Of a DNA stretch of 64,000 nt, positions 24,599-36,837 are shown piece by piece. The translations under genes and the position numbers were made by a program. Positions within the stretch are counted from its first letter, which is position 1. The number at the start of each line of letters is the position of its first letter. A model generated the notes under the pieces. That model made no database searches. It had not been told where the DNA came from and saw nothing but the letters and a program-made list of their open reading frames with translations. Source of the DNA: Rhizodiscina lignyota (taxonomy: Eukaryota); assembly GCA_010015805.1 (NCBI GenBank), contig ML978121.1:2232001-2296000 (forward strand), written 5' to 3'.

Positions 24599-26275
24599 AT
24601 GGACCCCTCCAAGCCTCATCAGCCGCCATACACCTACGTCGAAAATGAAGGATACGCGCAAAACGATGCCCAAGGCACTGAGGGCAGCAATCCACAACAG
24701 AACGAAGCGCAACAAGACCAAGAGCTAGATGAAGACTACGACGATATTTTCGATAACGATGAAGCCGAGATTGCGCCTGATTTGATCTCTGCCTCCAATC
24801 CAAACGACTACACGAAATCCTACAACCGCCAGCGCCGTTTAAACGATCCCTCCGTACCTGCGTCCGGGAAGCCGAAGATAAATCCTCAGAAGCCATTAGC
24901 GAACGTCAAAGCCTCTGTAGACGATCAAATCTCCTCCCTGACGCGACATGCCGCGAGGATCAAACTGGACGATGTTGGTGGGCATAAAAGTCGTGGGACG
25001 GAAAAGGACAAGAGCGATCGCGCGACATCCGAGCAGGTACTCGATCCGCGAACGAGAATGTTGTTGCTGCAGATGATAAACCGTGGGATCGTCGCCGAAG
25101 TCAACGGAGTGGTGAGCACCGGAAAAGAGGCAAACGTGTACCATGCCATATCATATCCGGAGGCAGCAGACAGCGATGAACCTGCTACGCCGCTGCATCG
25201 AGCGATTAAAGTTTACAAAACGAGCATACTGGTATTCAAAGATCGAGAGAAATACGTCGCGGGCGAGTTCAGATTCAGGCAAGGATATAACAAAGGTAAC
25301 AATCGCGCCATGGTCAAGGTGTGGGCAGAGAAGGAGATGCGCAATCTGAAGAGGATATATGCTGCTGGCATACCATGTCCGGAACCGATCTATCTGAAAT
25401 TGCACGTCTTGATGATGGACTTCCTTGGCGACAAGAAAGGCTGGCCAGCTCCCAGGCTGCGGGATGTTGACTTCGAAGGAGACGATGCAGAACAAAAGTG
25501 GAGAGGGCTTTATCTAGACGTTATTGGGTACATACGGATCATGTATCAAACATGCAGGCTTGTACACGCGGATCTGAGCGAGTACAATATGCTGTATCAC
25601 GAGGGCAAGGCGTGGATCATCGATGTCAGCCAGAGTGTGGAGCATGATCACCCAAGGAGTTTGGAGTTTTTGCGAATGGATGTCAAGAATGTGAACGACT
25701 TCTTCAAGCGGAAGGGTGTTGACGCTCTATCAGAGCGAGTTCTCTTCGGCTTTGTCACTGCAGCCGATGGGCCCTCGGAGATGTTTGCGATGAAAGAACA
25801 ACTGGAGAATCTATTCAAGCAAAGGGTAGATACACACGAAGACACCACCGCAGAGCAGGAGATTCAAGATGAAGTCTTTCGGCAACAGTACATACCACAG
25901 ACGCTGGAGCAAGTTTACGACGTTGAGCGCGATGCCGAAAAGGTTGGCAAAGGAGAAGGAGAGGAGCTGGTCTACCAGGCACTGCTCGCTCAAAAGGTTG
26001 CAGGCGGAGATCATGATACAAAAGAGTCAGACGTCGCGGACGAGGATGGAGGTGTTTCAGTTGACGAAGAGGACTCCGAGGAAGATTCAGACGACGAGAG
26101 TGCTTCGGAAAGACCACCCAAGGATGGACGACCGCGCGGCAAACGATTCGAAGATAAGGACGATAAGAAAGCTCATAAGCAGCAAGTGAAAGAAGAGAAA
26201 CGAGAGAAAAGGAAAACGAAGATGCCCAAACATGTCAAGAAAAGTCTTATCAAGGGGACTGCAAAAAGGAAATGA
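24599..26275 (+). CDS. RIO1: Atypical protein kinase RIO1 (40S maturation)
   Basis: DKSDRATSEQVLDPRT, STGKEANVYHA, IKVYKTSILVFKDR, LVHADLSEYN, IIDVSQSVEHDHP and a Lys-rich C-terminus. Intronless. Confidence 0.97.
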   Translation: MDPSKPHQPPYTYVENEGYAQNDAQGTEGSNPQQNEAQQDQELDEDYDDIFDNDEAEIAPDLISASNPNDYTKSYNRQRRLNDPSVPASGKPKINPQKPLANVKASVDDQISSLTRHAARIKLDDVGGHKSRGTEKDKSDRATSEQVLDPRTRMLLLQMINRGIVAEVNGVVSTGKEANVYHAISYPEAADSDEPATPLHRAIKVYKTSILVFKDREKYVAGEFRFRQGYNKGNNRAMVKVWAEKEMRNLKRIYAAGIPCPEPIYLKLHVLMMDFLGDKKGWPAPRLRDVDFEGDDAEQKWRGLYLDVIGYIRIMYQTCRLVHADLSEYNMLYHEGKAWIIDVSQSVEHDHPRSLEFLRMDVKNVNDFFKRKGVDALSERVLFGFVTAADGPSEMFAMKEQLENLFKQRVDTHEDTTAEQEIQDEVFRQQYIPQTLEQVYDVERDAEKVGKGEGEELVYQALLAQKVAGGDHDTKESDVADEDGGVSVDEEDSEEDSDDESASERPPKDGRPRGKRFEDKDDKKAHKQQVKEEKREKRKTKMPKHVKKSLIKGTAKRK

Positions 26276-26773
26276 GGGTGCCTCATCTCGGATCAAATTT
26301 GCTTCGCTTTGAGGTTCTGCACTGTCGTAATGATAGCTGTAGGTTTCTGTTCGGTGAGTCGCATTCCTGTTTCTCGAAGTTCCGCGACTTTACTTTCGCC
26401 TATGTATCCACACTTCTTTGCTGGGATGATTAAAACTGAGCGGCGAATATCGTCGACTCCTGTGTTTCTCCGCTAAGGAATAACCGTTGTCTTCGATGCT
26501 GCAACACTGTATGCGTATGATGATCAAAGAGAGCGATGACCAGCACACTCCAAACTCATGTGTCACATTTGAAGCTACCTTGACCAAACGATGAAGCTAA
26601 TCATCTCACCTACAGCCTCGCTCGGGGATGCGAACGATTAAGATGCACAGTCGCTTCTCTTAAGACAAATTATAGTCATTGATATTGTGCAGTCTTAATA
26701 ATCCTACGCTACAACATATCTTCTTAGGCTCTCAACTGTACCCTTTCGACTTCCATCATGGCCAGCTATTTCG

Positions 26774-28326
26774 TTAGCCCGAGTTTCGCTCTGTTATCTT
26801 CATCCACATGTCGTGATGGACGAACAAAGAGTAGTTCGCAACCGTCCACGGCTGTGTGGGATTAATTAACTGGAAATCGAACTGTCGGACAAGCTGTCTG
26901 GGGATTAGAATCGGCCTTCCTGAGTCTTGGGAGGACAACATCACGCAATACTCACTTCACAAATGCTCTTTGTCAGCTCCATCCTAGCAACACTTTTTCC
27001 CATGCAACCCCATCGCCCATATCCGAAGATCAGGTCCAACTGTTGCTCCATCTCTGCTCGCTTATCTGCGGATACATCCAGCCAGCGTTCTGGGCGGAAC
27101 AGTTCAACATCCTCCCCGTATATGATCTTGTTACGTTGTAACATCCATATATTGTGTCCAACACGTGTTCCTTCTGGGATGAATAACCCGCAGAGAGTGT
27201 CACCGCCTGGTGGAACTTCTTTCATGGCAAGACCCGTGAACGGCGGATGGATTCGGAAGCCTTCCAGAAGCACAGCTTGCAAATATAATAGCGCATTCGC
27301 TTCGGTACTTGAAATTGGAGACGATATCCTCCCCTCACTTGCTGCGGCATCCAGTTCTTGTCGCAGCTTGGATATGACCAGCGGGTTCGTAACAATATAT
27401 AACAGCGTTGCACGTATCGCAGTGGCTGTAGTATCTGATCCCGCGATGAGCTGAAACATCACCTCAGACTCTGCTTGCCGCTGCGACAAACCGTGTCGAA
27501 CAAATGCTCCGAGCATATCTTGCCTGTCTTTCGCGTCTGGCCCAAATCGCTCTGCAACTACTTCTTTCGCTATACCCATGACTTTTCCCATGCCAATCTT
27601 GTCCGTCACCTTTGGTGCCACGAACTTCAAGAACAAAGGATGAGCCAAGATTGTATTCAGCCAAGGGAGCGTGTTGGCTATATTTCCAGGCATCCAGAAC
27701 TTCTCCATTATCGCCATATACTGATGAACATCGCTATCACTTTGCAGGAATCCGAATGGAAATCCATATGCGACCTTGGTGATCACATCAAGCGTAAGGA
27801 AAGACGCCTTCTCTGCAAAGTCTACAGGTCGCAGGGTCTTCGAGTCTGAAAGATACTTCATCTTCAACAACTTCACCAGACTAAGTACTTGTGCGTCAAT
27901 GTCTGCTTCCACCATCGGAGTTTCCCTCCCAGCATATCCCGCGGCCATTTGTGCTCTTCTCTTGTCATGGACTTTCGTGTCCCGTTCTGAAATGATGTTC
28001 GTAACGTAAGGATCGATACGACTTTGGTACCATGTGCTCCGCAGGTAGTCCGACCTCACTGCAGACATCCTCTTGATGATTGCTGGGTCGTCGGTGATGA
28101 GATCGTTAGGGCCGATGCGCACAAGAGGACCATACTTCTTCTGAAGGTCGTTGTAAATGAGCCACATTCGGCCGGAGATGATCGTCCAGGTCATGAAGGC
28201 TAACGAGAATGAAGCGAACCATGGACCAGGAACATGACGCAGACGAAGATAGGAGCGAATGTAGGACTGGATGATGATGGCCGCTAGAAAGAAGGCCACA
28301 ATCACAGAGAGAGACATGGTGAACAT
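26774..28326 (-). CDS. Cytochrome P450 (pisatin-demethylase-like)
   Basis: N-terminal anchor, AGSDTT, EGFR, PERW and heme motif FGYGRWGCMG. Intron 26894-26955; last exon ends ...KITERNSG*. Confidence 0.95.
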
Positions 28327-29403
28327 TGTGGCCTCTCGTACTAACCAACAAACGCAAAGGTTTCAGCTCAAGAAAGTCCCCTCGCTACTGCCAAACGATG
28401 ATATTTTGTGCAATTAGCAATGCTATCCAGCGAGCTGTAAGGAGTTCACAACAGACATTGTGAGAATAGAATCAGAAGAGGGTACCGGCACTGAAACTTA
28501 TATCAAACGGATGCGGCCGCCTTTGAGTGACACTGACCATTTCCTCTGCTTACGTACGTACATTTGGAATTCGCCAGATGAGGATATTGCCCTTTGAAGG
28601 TTGCACTAACCTAAGAGTAGGTATAAATATTAGCATTTGAAGATTATTGTAAGCAATGTAGGATATGTGAATGAAGTGAAGCTGGTATTCATTGTCTCCA
28701 TTACGTCTAATTCTCGGCGAAGCAGGTAAAAATTACCAGTAGCTAGGCTTCCTAACTGAAACATCATAATGCCAAAGTTATAACTTGGTCTCTTCTGTAT
28801 AGACTAGAGAATCGACATAGGAAGCGACTCGACTCCAAACATGAGGTATCTTACATGGTACCGATTCAGAAAGAGGGTTTCGACAGCATTGAAGTTGTCG
28901 AATAGTAGTACGCCTTTATAATGTCGCGCTGATATATTTGAAGCTCAAGGTCCAAAGCCAGTGATAATACCCCGAACTAGGCAAATATCACCGTGCATCG
29001 CGACACTATACCTACACGCCTGGCATAGCTTATGCTTGTTCATTTCGGGCATGTCTGAGGCGTCTTCACGAAACTAAGAATTGAATGTTTGGGCCAGCGT
29101 AACAAGTTACCGAACATTTCATTGTGCTCATACACTTGTTTGATATAAGGCACATTCCAAATCCCGGAATTGAAGGATGAAGCACCGCCGCGATCCTCTG
29201 CCGAGGCTTCGTCCCCAAATCTCAGATCGTGACGGTAGGTTTCGGTATAACTGATCAGTCACTTGCAATCCATCTTAGAGACTTCAAATTATTCTCTCCA
29301 CATACTCGTAATATCGCGTTAGTACTTGCTCATATCTAGCATCTCAATTGACCCGCCACGGCTATCCAATCGCTCCTCGACGTCTATACTCTTCTCCCTC
29401 GCG

Positions 29404-30414
29404 ATGTCCTCCCATTCACCACCGAACGATCTGGTCCTATTCCACTATGTCTTCTCTCCGTACGCGCGCCGCATCGTCTGGTATCTCCAGCTCCGTCGCA
29501 TCCCGTACGCGCAATGCCTCGTCCCTTCATACATGCCTCGAGCGCCTCTTGCGGAGCTTAACGTATCGTACCGCCGTATACCTGTCTTAGCCCACGGTCG
29601 CGAGATCTACTGCGATACACGGCTTATTCTGTCAACTTTGGACAAGCTCTTCCCACCGTCTGAGAAATATCCAGGGCTTGAGCCGCAGACAGCAGAAGCG
29701 AAGGCGCTGACCAAGTTGTTGATTCGGTATACGGGCGATGCTGGGATATTTGCGCGCGGCGCAAGTCTGATTCCAACGAATATGCCGGTATTGAAGGATG
29801 AGAAATGGGTAAAAGATCGGGAGCAGTTCAGCGGAAGAAAGTTGACTATCGAGGCTAGAGAGAAGGGACGTCCAGAGAGTTTGGTGCATATGCGGGATCT
29901 GTTCGTTTTGATGGAGCACACACTGCTGGCGGATGGGAGACAGTGGGTCCTTGGAGACAACCCCAGCGTGACAGATATCGAGGCAGTTTGGGTCTTGCAT
30001 TGGATGACGACTATGAGAGGCGCACTGGGTACTTACATTACGGAGAAGGAATTCCCAAAGACATTCGCGTACGTAAAGAGATTTGACACGGAGACTAAGA
30101 AGGCGAGAGGGGAGATGGAGAAGCCGGTCACATTAAAGGATGATCAGACTGTCGAGGCGATCTTGCGAATGAGCCTGGATGCTGCAGTGAAGGAGGAAGT
30201 GGATAGCAGCGACCCCACAGGGCTGAGGAAGGGAGAGGAGATTGAGATGTGGCCCATTGATTCTGGGTTTTCACATAAGGATGAGGGGGAGCTTGTCGGC
30301 TTAAGTGCGGATGAGATGATAATACGTAAACAAGCGAAGGGTAAGGAGTTGAGAATCCATTATCCAAGATGGGGGTTCAGAATAGCGAGGGCTGGTGACA
30401 AGGCACATTTGTAA
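29404..30414 (+). CDS. Glutathione S-transferase-like protein (fungal GST-N family) with C-terminal AHL
   Basis: FSPYARRIVWYL, YRRIPVLAHGREIYCDTRLIL, WPIDSG and HYPRWGF. First ATG at 29404. Confidence 0.9.
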   Translation: MSSHSPPNDLVLFHYVFSPYARRIVWYLQLRRIPYAQCLVPSYMPRAPLAELNVSYRRIPVLAHGREIYCDTRLILSTLDKLFPPSEKYPGLEPQTAEAKALTKLLIRYTGDAGIFARGASLIPTNMPVLKDEKWVKDREQFSGRKLTIEAREKGRPESLVHMRDLFVLMEHTLLADGRQWVLGDNPSVTDIEAVWVLHWMTTMRGALGTYITEKEFPKTFAYVKRFDTETKKARGEMEKPVTLKDDQTVEAILRMSLDAAVKEEVDSSDPTGLRKGEEIEMWPIDSGFSHKDEGELVGLSADEMIIRKQAKGKELRIHYPRWGFRIARAGDKAHL

Positions 30415-30621
30415 ATTTGCAAATAAATATATGAAGAAATGGCACTTGAAAGAGGAAAACTGCGAAGAACCAAACAAATTTTGTGATTCTCTACGATCCA
30501 TACGTTAACATGATCCAGACCATCCAACTGGATGTGTCCATGTTCTAGCTCATCGGCATATTGCCGATGAAGTGTAATGCAGCCGCTATACAGTGTAAAG
30601 ATTGAGCTGACAAGCTATCCA

Positions 30622-32241
30622 TTATACCAACAATAGCCGGCTCTTTTCGTCCCCTCCGCACTTGTCTTGGACTAGTAGCACTGCAGTATCGTAGGCCAGG
30701 ACAGTAGCATTAACCCCATCTTCCTGACAGCCCAAACTCTTCCCGGTCCACGCATCAACAACCTCATAACTCGCACCAGCTTCCAATCCGGGTACTTCAC
30801 CCCAGTCGGCGATTTTGGTCTTGGTTTCGTCATACGTATTCATCATTAGGACCAGTATACCGTTCGAACTGCTACCTGCCCAAAACTCCGCCGGATAGCT
30901 CGAGTTCCACGTCCAATCCGGATTGGTGCCCCACTTGTATGGCGTCGCGGGTCCGCCGACGACCGGGTCCTGATTGAATTCAAGCAAATATTTGTTCTTC
31001 AGAATTCCGAGCATGTCGCTGCTGATCGTGTCAAGCGGGGTCCCGATCAGGAGTGGTGACTTCATTGCTGCCCACAGCGCAAAGTGTGTACGGCACTGCG
31101 CATATGACAGTTGACCGTTACCAACTTCGAGCATATCGGCATCCGAGTGGCCGTAGAAGTCGACGTAATTCATGAAAAATGAGTTCATGTTCAGGATGTC
31201 CTTGACGCGTGTCCAAGTGGGGCCAATATCGCCAGTTGCGCGCCAAGAGTGGGCAGTCTCGTTGCCCCAGGTTTGGACATTCATCTGCATGAGAAGAATT
31301 CAGGTTGATGGACATCATTCGAAGTATATGAGAACTTACGTTACCCCACTCACACAAACTATAGAGCATGGGGCGGCCAGCCGCTTCAATGGCATCGCGC
31401 ATGATGGCATAGCGTTTGGCGGTATTAGATTTTGAGAAGTCGTAGTCGGACGGGCAGAAATCCCGATCGTCAGTGCATGTACCATTGGGGTAGTTTCCGG
31501 ACCCGTTATCATTGTTCGGCACACAGAAGTCGCATGTATCGCCTGGTGGTGATGTTAGCTCCGTCTCTGATGGAGGGACATCTTGGGATATTCTTACTCC
31601 AATTCTTAGGAACATTACAATTGTCGTATTTAAGATCTTGGGAGAAGTTAGCTTGAGAAGTGGCTATGCTGGAAAAATGGCGAGATCAGTACAATCAACT
31701 CCCCAATCAGCCCAAGTTTGGGCATCGATCGTCTCGTAGCCAATGCTCGCGGGATAGCCCGCACAAGTCTTTGTCCCTGTCCAAAGTCAGCGACGAGGAT
31801 GATTGACATGAAGTTGCAATGACGTACCTGCGGACGAGTAGATTCCAAGCTTGAGGCCCATTGAATGGATCTTATCTGCAGTCCCATTGATTCCATCAGG
31901 GAATTTGTCTGGGTCAGGAACGAGTCGTTGGGTCTTAGGGTCGCGTCCATCCTTCACAGACCAAGCATCGTCGATGTTCACGTATTCGTACCCAGCATCC
32001 TGTTGTTACGCATTCAGCTTCAAGACTTCGTCCCACAAAGGTGACAGCTCACCTTAAGTCCAAGGCTAACTAATTTTTCAGCAGCAGTGATGATTTTCGA
32101 TTGAGATATGTCGTAATGATACGCATTCCATGAATTCCATCCCAGTGCTGGCAGTCTCCCAATGTCGCTACCTGTGTCCAGAGCAGTGGACGGGCGTGAG
32201 AGACCAACCAATGGGACTAGAAGAGAGAGGAGTAGAGTCAT
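30622..32241 (-). CDS. Secreted alpha-galactosidase, glycoside hydrolase family 27
   Basis: Signal peptide, [23 protein letters not shown] and SWRATGDI. Introns 32000-32052, 31777-31827, 31637-31692, 31543-31597 and 31291-31339. Confidence 0.95.
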
Positions 32242-33776
32242 TATGATGCTATTTCATATTTTGTGTTTCAAACAAAGATGCAAGGCGGAAAGTTTCAAAC
32301 AAGCATATAAACAGTGGGCTGAGGAGACGCGTATAAGAGAGAAGGAGCTACCTTGATCGCCGCCAAAGAATGGCACATGGCCCTGCGTTATGTCTGCCAG
32401 GGAAGGCAAGAGCCACGAGGCAAGGTTGACCATTATGCAGAGTTACTGGCGAAGGAAACGACTGGATGGTCTTGGGCAAGAGCAAGGAATCAGGTAGATC
32501 TTAGACGCGCCAAATGAACATCGTCATGCGGCTTGGAAGTATATGGAGGCACAGGATGCCGCACACAATTGGTGCTACGATTTTCCAAGCAATCAAGCAA
32601 GCAAAAATGTAGGGATGAGGGTTGACTCGAGGGCTGACACAAGGATATGCGGAAGATCGTTGAAGTCACTGCCTCCAGACGCACATAGGTCGAAGTCTGC
32701 ACAAGAAGGCAGAGGCTGGAGGTTGAAACAGCCTTGACGGTGCGTAGTCTGACTGGCTTGGGGCGAGATGAGATGCAATCGCACGGCGAGCCTCCGCGAG
32801 GATGCTGCGGAGGTCGAGTTTAGCTTGTAACCACAGCGTCCAGGAAGGGGCTCAGGTGGTGGCCTGTGCTTTTCCGGTTTCACAAACCGTGACAAAAGTG
32901 GGTTATTTCTAGGTTGGACACCTCCCATTTGCACGGCTGGAACCACTTTCACTGCGCTCCACTTCGCCATGTTGTCCATGATGTTAACAGCGCAGTCGTC
33001 ATGATATCCTGATTGGCGACCTCGAAAAGTCCCAGGCTGCCTCTTGTGTTACATCTCCGAGCGGAGAAAGTGGTCGTCTGATGGATTCAGTCTCGTGCCT
33101 CTTTTTCGAGTTCACTCCTCTCGCACCTCAATTGTTGCTCTGAATGATCTTTTCGTAATGATGTAACTGTGTTCAGAGCATGGTTTCGAGACTGAATTCT
33201 CATTTGCTGCCTTACAAGACTCAAGGAGCGCTATGAGGTGGAAGTGTGCCACTCCTGGCTACGAACGCTCACCACCGGCAGAGACTACGGATTCATCAGC
33301 GTCACTTGACGATGTTGATTTTCGGCGGCTACTATTTTGCAAGCGGAATGCTTGGTTGAGGAGAGAAAATCAGAAATGCAACCTCCAGAAGGTTGTCCGA
33401 TCGATGATCTGGTGCCATTTACTGGACGAAGAGGGGCGTTCAGCCTCCATTGCGTACATACAAACGGTATGACATCTGACGATATCACTAGTATATACGG
33501 ACCGATCGCGAGAACAGGATGCGTGTGGCTAGTCAGGTTCTAGAGACTGCCCACGCCAACCTTATTCGCGACTATCACCATTTGTCTTCGTTGAAGCGCG
33601 CTGCTGTCGTATTCTACTCCTGACAACCCTACCAAAGGCCGGGACAGAAGACTTGTGGAGGTTGTGCCCTCTTACAGATGGCTTTTAGCGACAACGTTCG
33701 TCAAAACTTGTCGTCTGGTTACGCTTTTCCCCGCTAAGCTCAACGGCTGGTTGGAGTTTCAACAAAATGCCTGCCC

Positions 33777-34781
33777 ATGGCCAATGAGCAACGATGCATT
33801 CGTATGTATCCGATACATTTCATATTTTGCGATGATCTCCTCTTCTTTTTAAGTTTCTTCGTCGCCCATACATTTCAGTTTCATCGCATCGAAAACCTGT
33901 CAATACGAGCAACATCGCCACAATTTCCGTGTGCCTACCGCTCTCCCATCACATCTGCAACGCAAGATGCTCCCAGAATTTCCCAAGGCGAAACTCGACA
34001 ATTCTACTTTTCTCATTCCGATGTGGTCACCTTTCCGCAGAGGCTCGCACCGAATCAGCCAGTACGTCCGGAGATGATCCAATTCAAAGAACTCAATGCC
34101 CGCGTTGTCAACTTACTGTCAGTGTGCAAGACCATATACCAGGAAGCTCATGGATACGTGTACGACTTGAATACCTTTCGCATGAAAATTATGTCAACCA
34201 AGACTTGGAGCCCCTTTCATGTGTTGCGGAGGCCTAATGCGAGAGCACTCGAGTTGATCAAGTATCTCGAAATTGATAGCATCTTTGACGACACTGTCGT
34301 TCACGGCCTTGATATCCATGCGGAAGTGTCGTTTTTGAGGAAGATGGGGGTTCTGACTAGAGATACAATGCGAAGCTCATCGCTGAAGTCACTCCGGATC
34401 GAGAGAAGAATTATTGGACATAACTATCCATATACAGACGGATGTTCGACTGCACTATCCCCGGACATTTTGGACACCGAGCGAAAGCTGAAAATTGGAC
34501 GGTGCATGCTTTGGTCGATGTGTCTTCAAGACTCGTGCACTAATGTGCTAGGAGTGCACCTCCCGTGCATCACGTTAAGTGGCGACACAAACGAGACAGT
34601 GAAGGAGATAACCTTTAGAGGCGAGTGTTACGCAAAGGAACTCTACGAGGTTGCCTCCGCGCGCATGATCTTCAAGCAATTGCGAGAGACCGACAAGGCG
34701 GAGATTGCGAAAGGAATCCTTAGAATGAGGGAAGGCCGACCTCGCTACTGGCCCCTTCAAGGACCGAAGCGAATATTCTAA
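33777..34781 (+). CDS. Hypothetical protein with a fungal F-box-associated-like motif; 5' structure unresolved
   Basis: 334-aa ORF containing LLSVCKTIYQEAHGYVYDLNTF. Probable intron 33802-33878 (GTATGT...TTCAG). Upstream exons unclear. Confidence 0.5.
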   Translation: MANEQRCIRMYPIHFIFCDDLLFFLSFFVAHTFQFHRIENLSIRATSPQFPCAYRSPITSATQDAPRISQGETRQFYFSHSDVVTFPQRLAPNQPVRPEMIQFKELNARVVNLLSVCKTIYQEAHGYVYDLNTFRMKIMSTKTWSPFHVLRRPNARALELIKYLEIDSIFDDTVVHGLDIHAEVSFLRKMGVLTRDTMRSSSLKSLRIERRIIGHNYPYTDGCSTALSPDILDTERKLKIGRCMLWSMCLQDSCTNVLGVHLPCITLSGDTNETVKEITFRGECYAKELYEVASARMIFKQLRETDKAEIAKGILRMREGRPRYWPLQGPKRIF

Positions 34782-36837
34782 AGCCTTCGAAGTGCCCAGA
34801 GTTTTGCATTTACTACCGCTATTAGGGTTTCGCGATGTTGATACATTTACACATTGCTTTTCTCTGGCTATTTGCAGTCCGCTAGTGAAGAGGGTGTTGC
34901 CTGTATCATACCAAGCGGATGCACTACAGTATTGAGATGGATGGTTCGAATTTGGCGTTCTTGGGCATAGCATTACCCTCTTTCCTTTGTACTTGCTGTT
35001 ATATATGCTCGGCCGGTTGTGCATTCCACCTCCGTAGACTTGGTAATGTACGATTTGAAATCGACGTGTATGATTGTTCAGCATTTTTTGATACTACTCA
35101 ATTGGGGTGCGGACGCAAATGCGGGCAGTGCAGCTCAAATAGCTTTAATCAGCAATTGCTTATTTCACAGATTAATCTCAATTGGAAAGCTCTGAAAGTT
35201 GCATAACTCGCTTCTCATTATATGATTATATCCGAAATCCGAGTTCGAGTCTGAGTCTCATTGAATGATGAGAATACGAGATGAGATAAGATGAGACGAG
35301 GCATGATTGAAATTTGGAGTAAGTAGTCCGACAAGAGACGAGCTCGGCTGCTTTCTTATTTGCGGCTTCGTCTTTCGGCATCACAAACTATTTCATACCT
35401 TCCAAAGTAACCATCAACACCCACGGCGTCCCTCCATGCGCAATCATAGATGACGACACGCATCCATGATATCCTCAGAGTCCTTTCACGACATCACAAC
35501 TACAATCAGAAAACTATGCAATGGCGTGTCAGTTTCAATAGATACTCTCTATCAGAGCGGTGTATGAACGCCGCACATAGTCTTATTGAGGCCTACCTAA
35601 TCCAGGGAGGCGACTATATTTTGACTATCTCAGATGAAAACTTTTAGAGGGGAATAAATGACGGTATGCCGTATCAGATCCCATTCTTCGCGCACTAGAA
35701 GGTCGCCCGAGCTATACAAGCTCACGACACGAAACAACGGCGGCAGGGTTGTACTTCGGTTGACTCGCCAGACATCTGGACGACGCCGACTATTACCAGC
35801 TCCAGCTAGAAGTATCAGATTCCACCTGGTACGGACTATGACGATAAGCCAGTTATCGTGAAGTCCCTTAATTATGCCTTCTTCAAGGGCTGTATATTTT
35901 ATTATAGCGTATATACACATCAACGACGTAGCCTATCAATATAGTAATAGTGCTGTGCTGTTATGAAAAGGGACCTCGCACCGTCGACGACATCGTTGCA
36001 TACTTCAGGACGCAACCTAAGGAGTCGGCTTGTGTATAAATCCAGGCCTTATCAGAGGCCGTCTAAAGCGCTTACTTGAAGTCGTTTTTTTTCTCAAGAA
36101 GTTGAATGGAGACAGGTGGGATCTGGTCTATCCGAATGCCGCTCCCATAAGCCCCCGCATACGCTTCTTACAACATTACGTCCGATGCCTACGCTGGACA
36201 ATGTGGATGCAAACTGAGAACTGTCATCTCTCCTCCTCTGATACTAAAGACCACTGAAGTTGAACTCGTTGTCGCGTGCGGTCGGCAGAGCTCAGCACCA
36301 AAGGAGGCCGAGATCGCGTAGTTCATCCAACAGCGTCGAGCATGTGGTTCGGGCCTCTAAGCTAGGCATTCTCTCGTCCGCTTCGTCCGTCAGCAACCGG
36401 GAGCTAAGTGTAGAAATCACTTTACGGCTTCGTGCGTTGCTCGCTGTCAGGAGAGATGATTCCGCTCTCAAACTCCGGCACATTTGTCATCAGTCCCCAG
36501 GCTGCCATAAGCTCAACGCGTCGCGCGCGGAGTTTTGCAATTTATCGTACCGAGACGCGCCAGGAGGAAAAGAGGCAACGTTGGATTTCGAAAGCTTGTA
36601 GCATATCTTCTTGGCTTACCAGACAAGACAAAGCGAATCGTAGAGGGCCAATTGATGTCACAGGCGCAGCTACCTGCATTCCCCAGTTTCCGCAAAAGTA
36701 TTTAGTAGTCCCTTCCCCACTTCATGCTGGGAGGTCTCGTTTGTTTGGTCCTCATGCTCCGGAGCTCTGTGATACGACTCTCCCAGACTTCGAGACATAT
36801 CGCGCCAACCTTCAACTCGATAAGAACGAACAGCACA

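Noticed and set aside
35266..35300. Degenerate pentamer run (ATGAG/ATAAG/ACGAG)
   Set aside because: Short low-complexity microsatellite with no spacer structure; not CRISPR-like.
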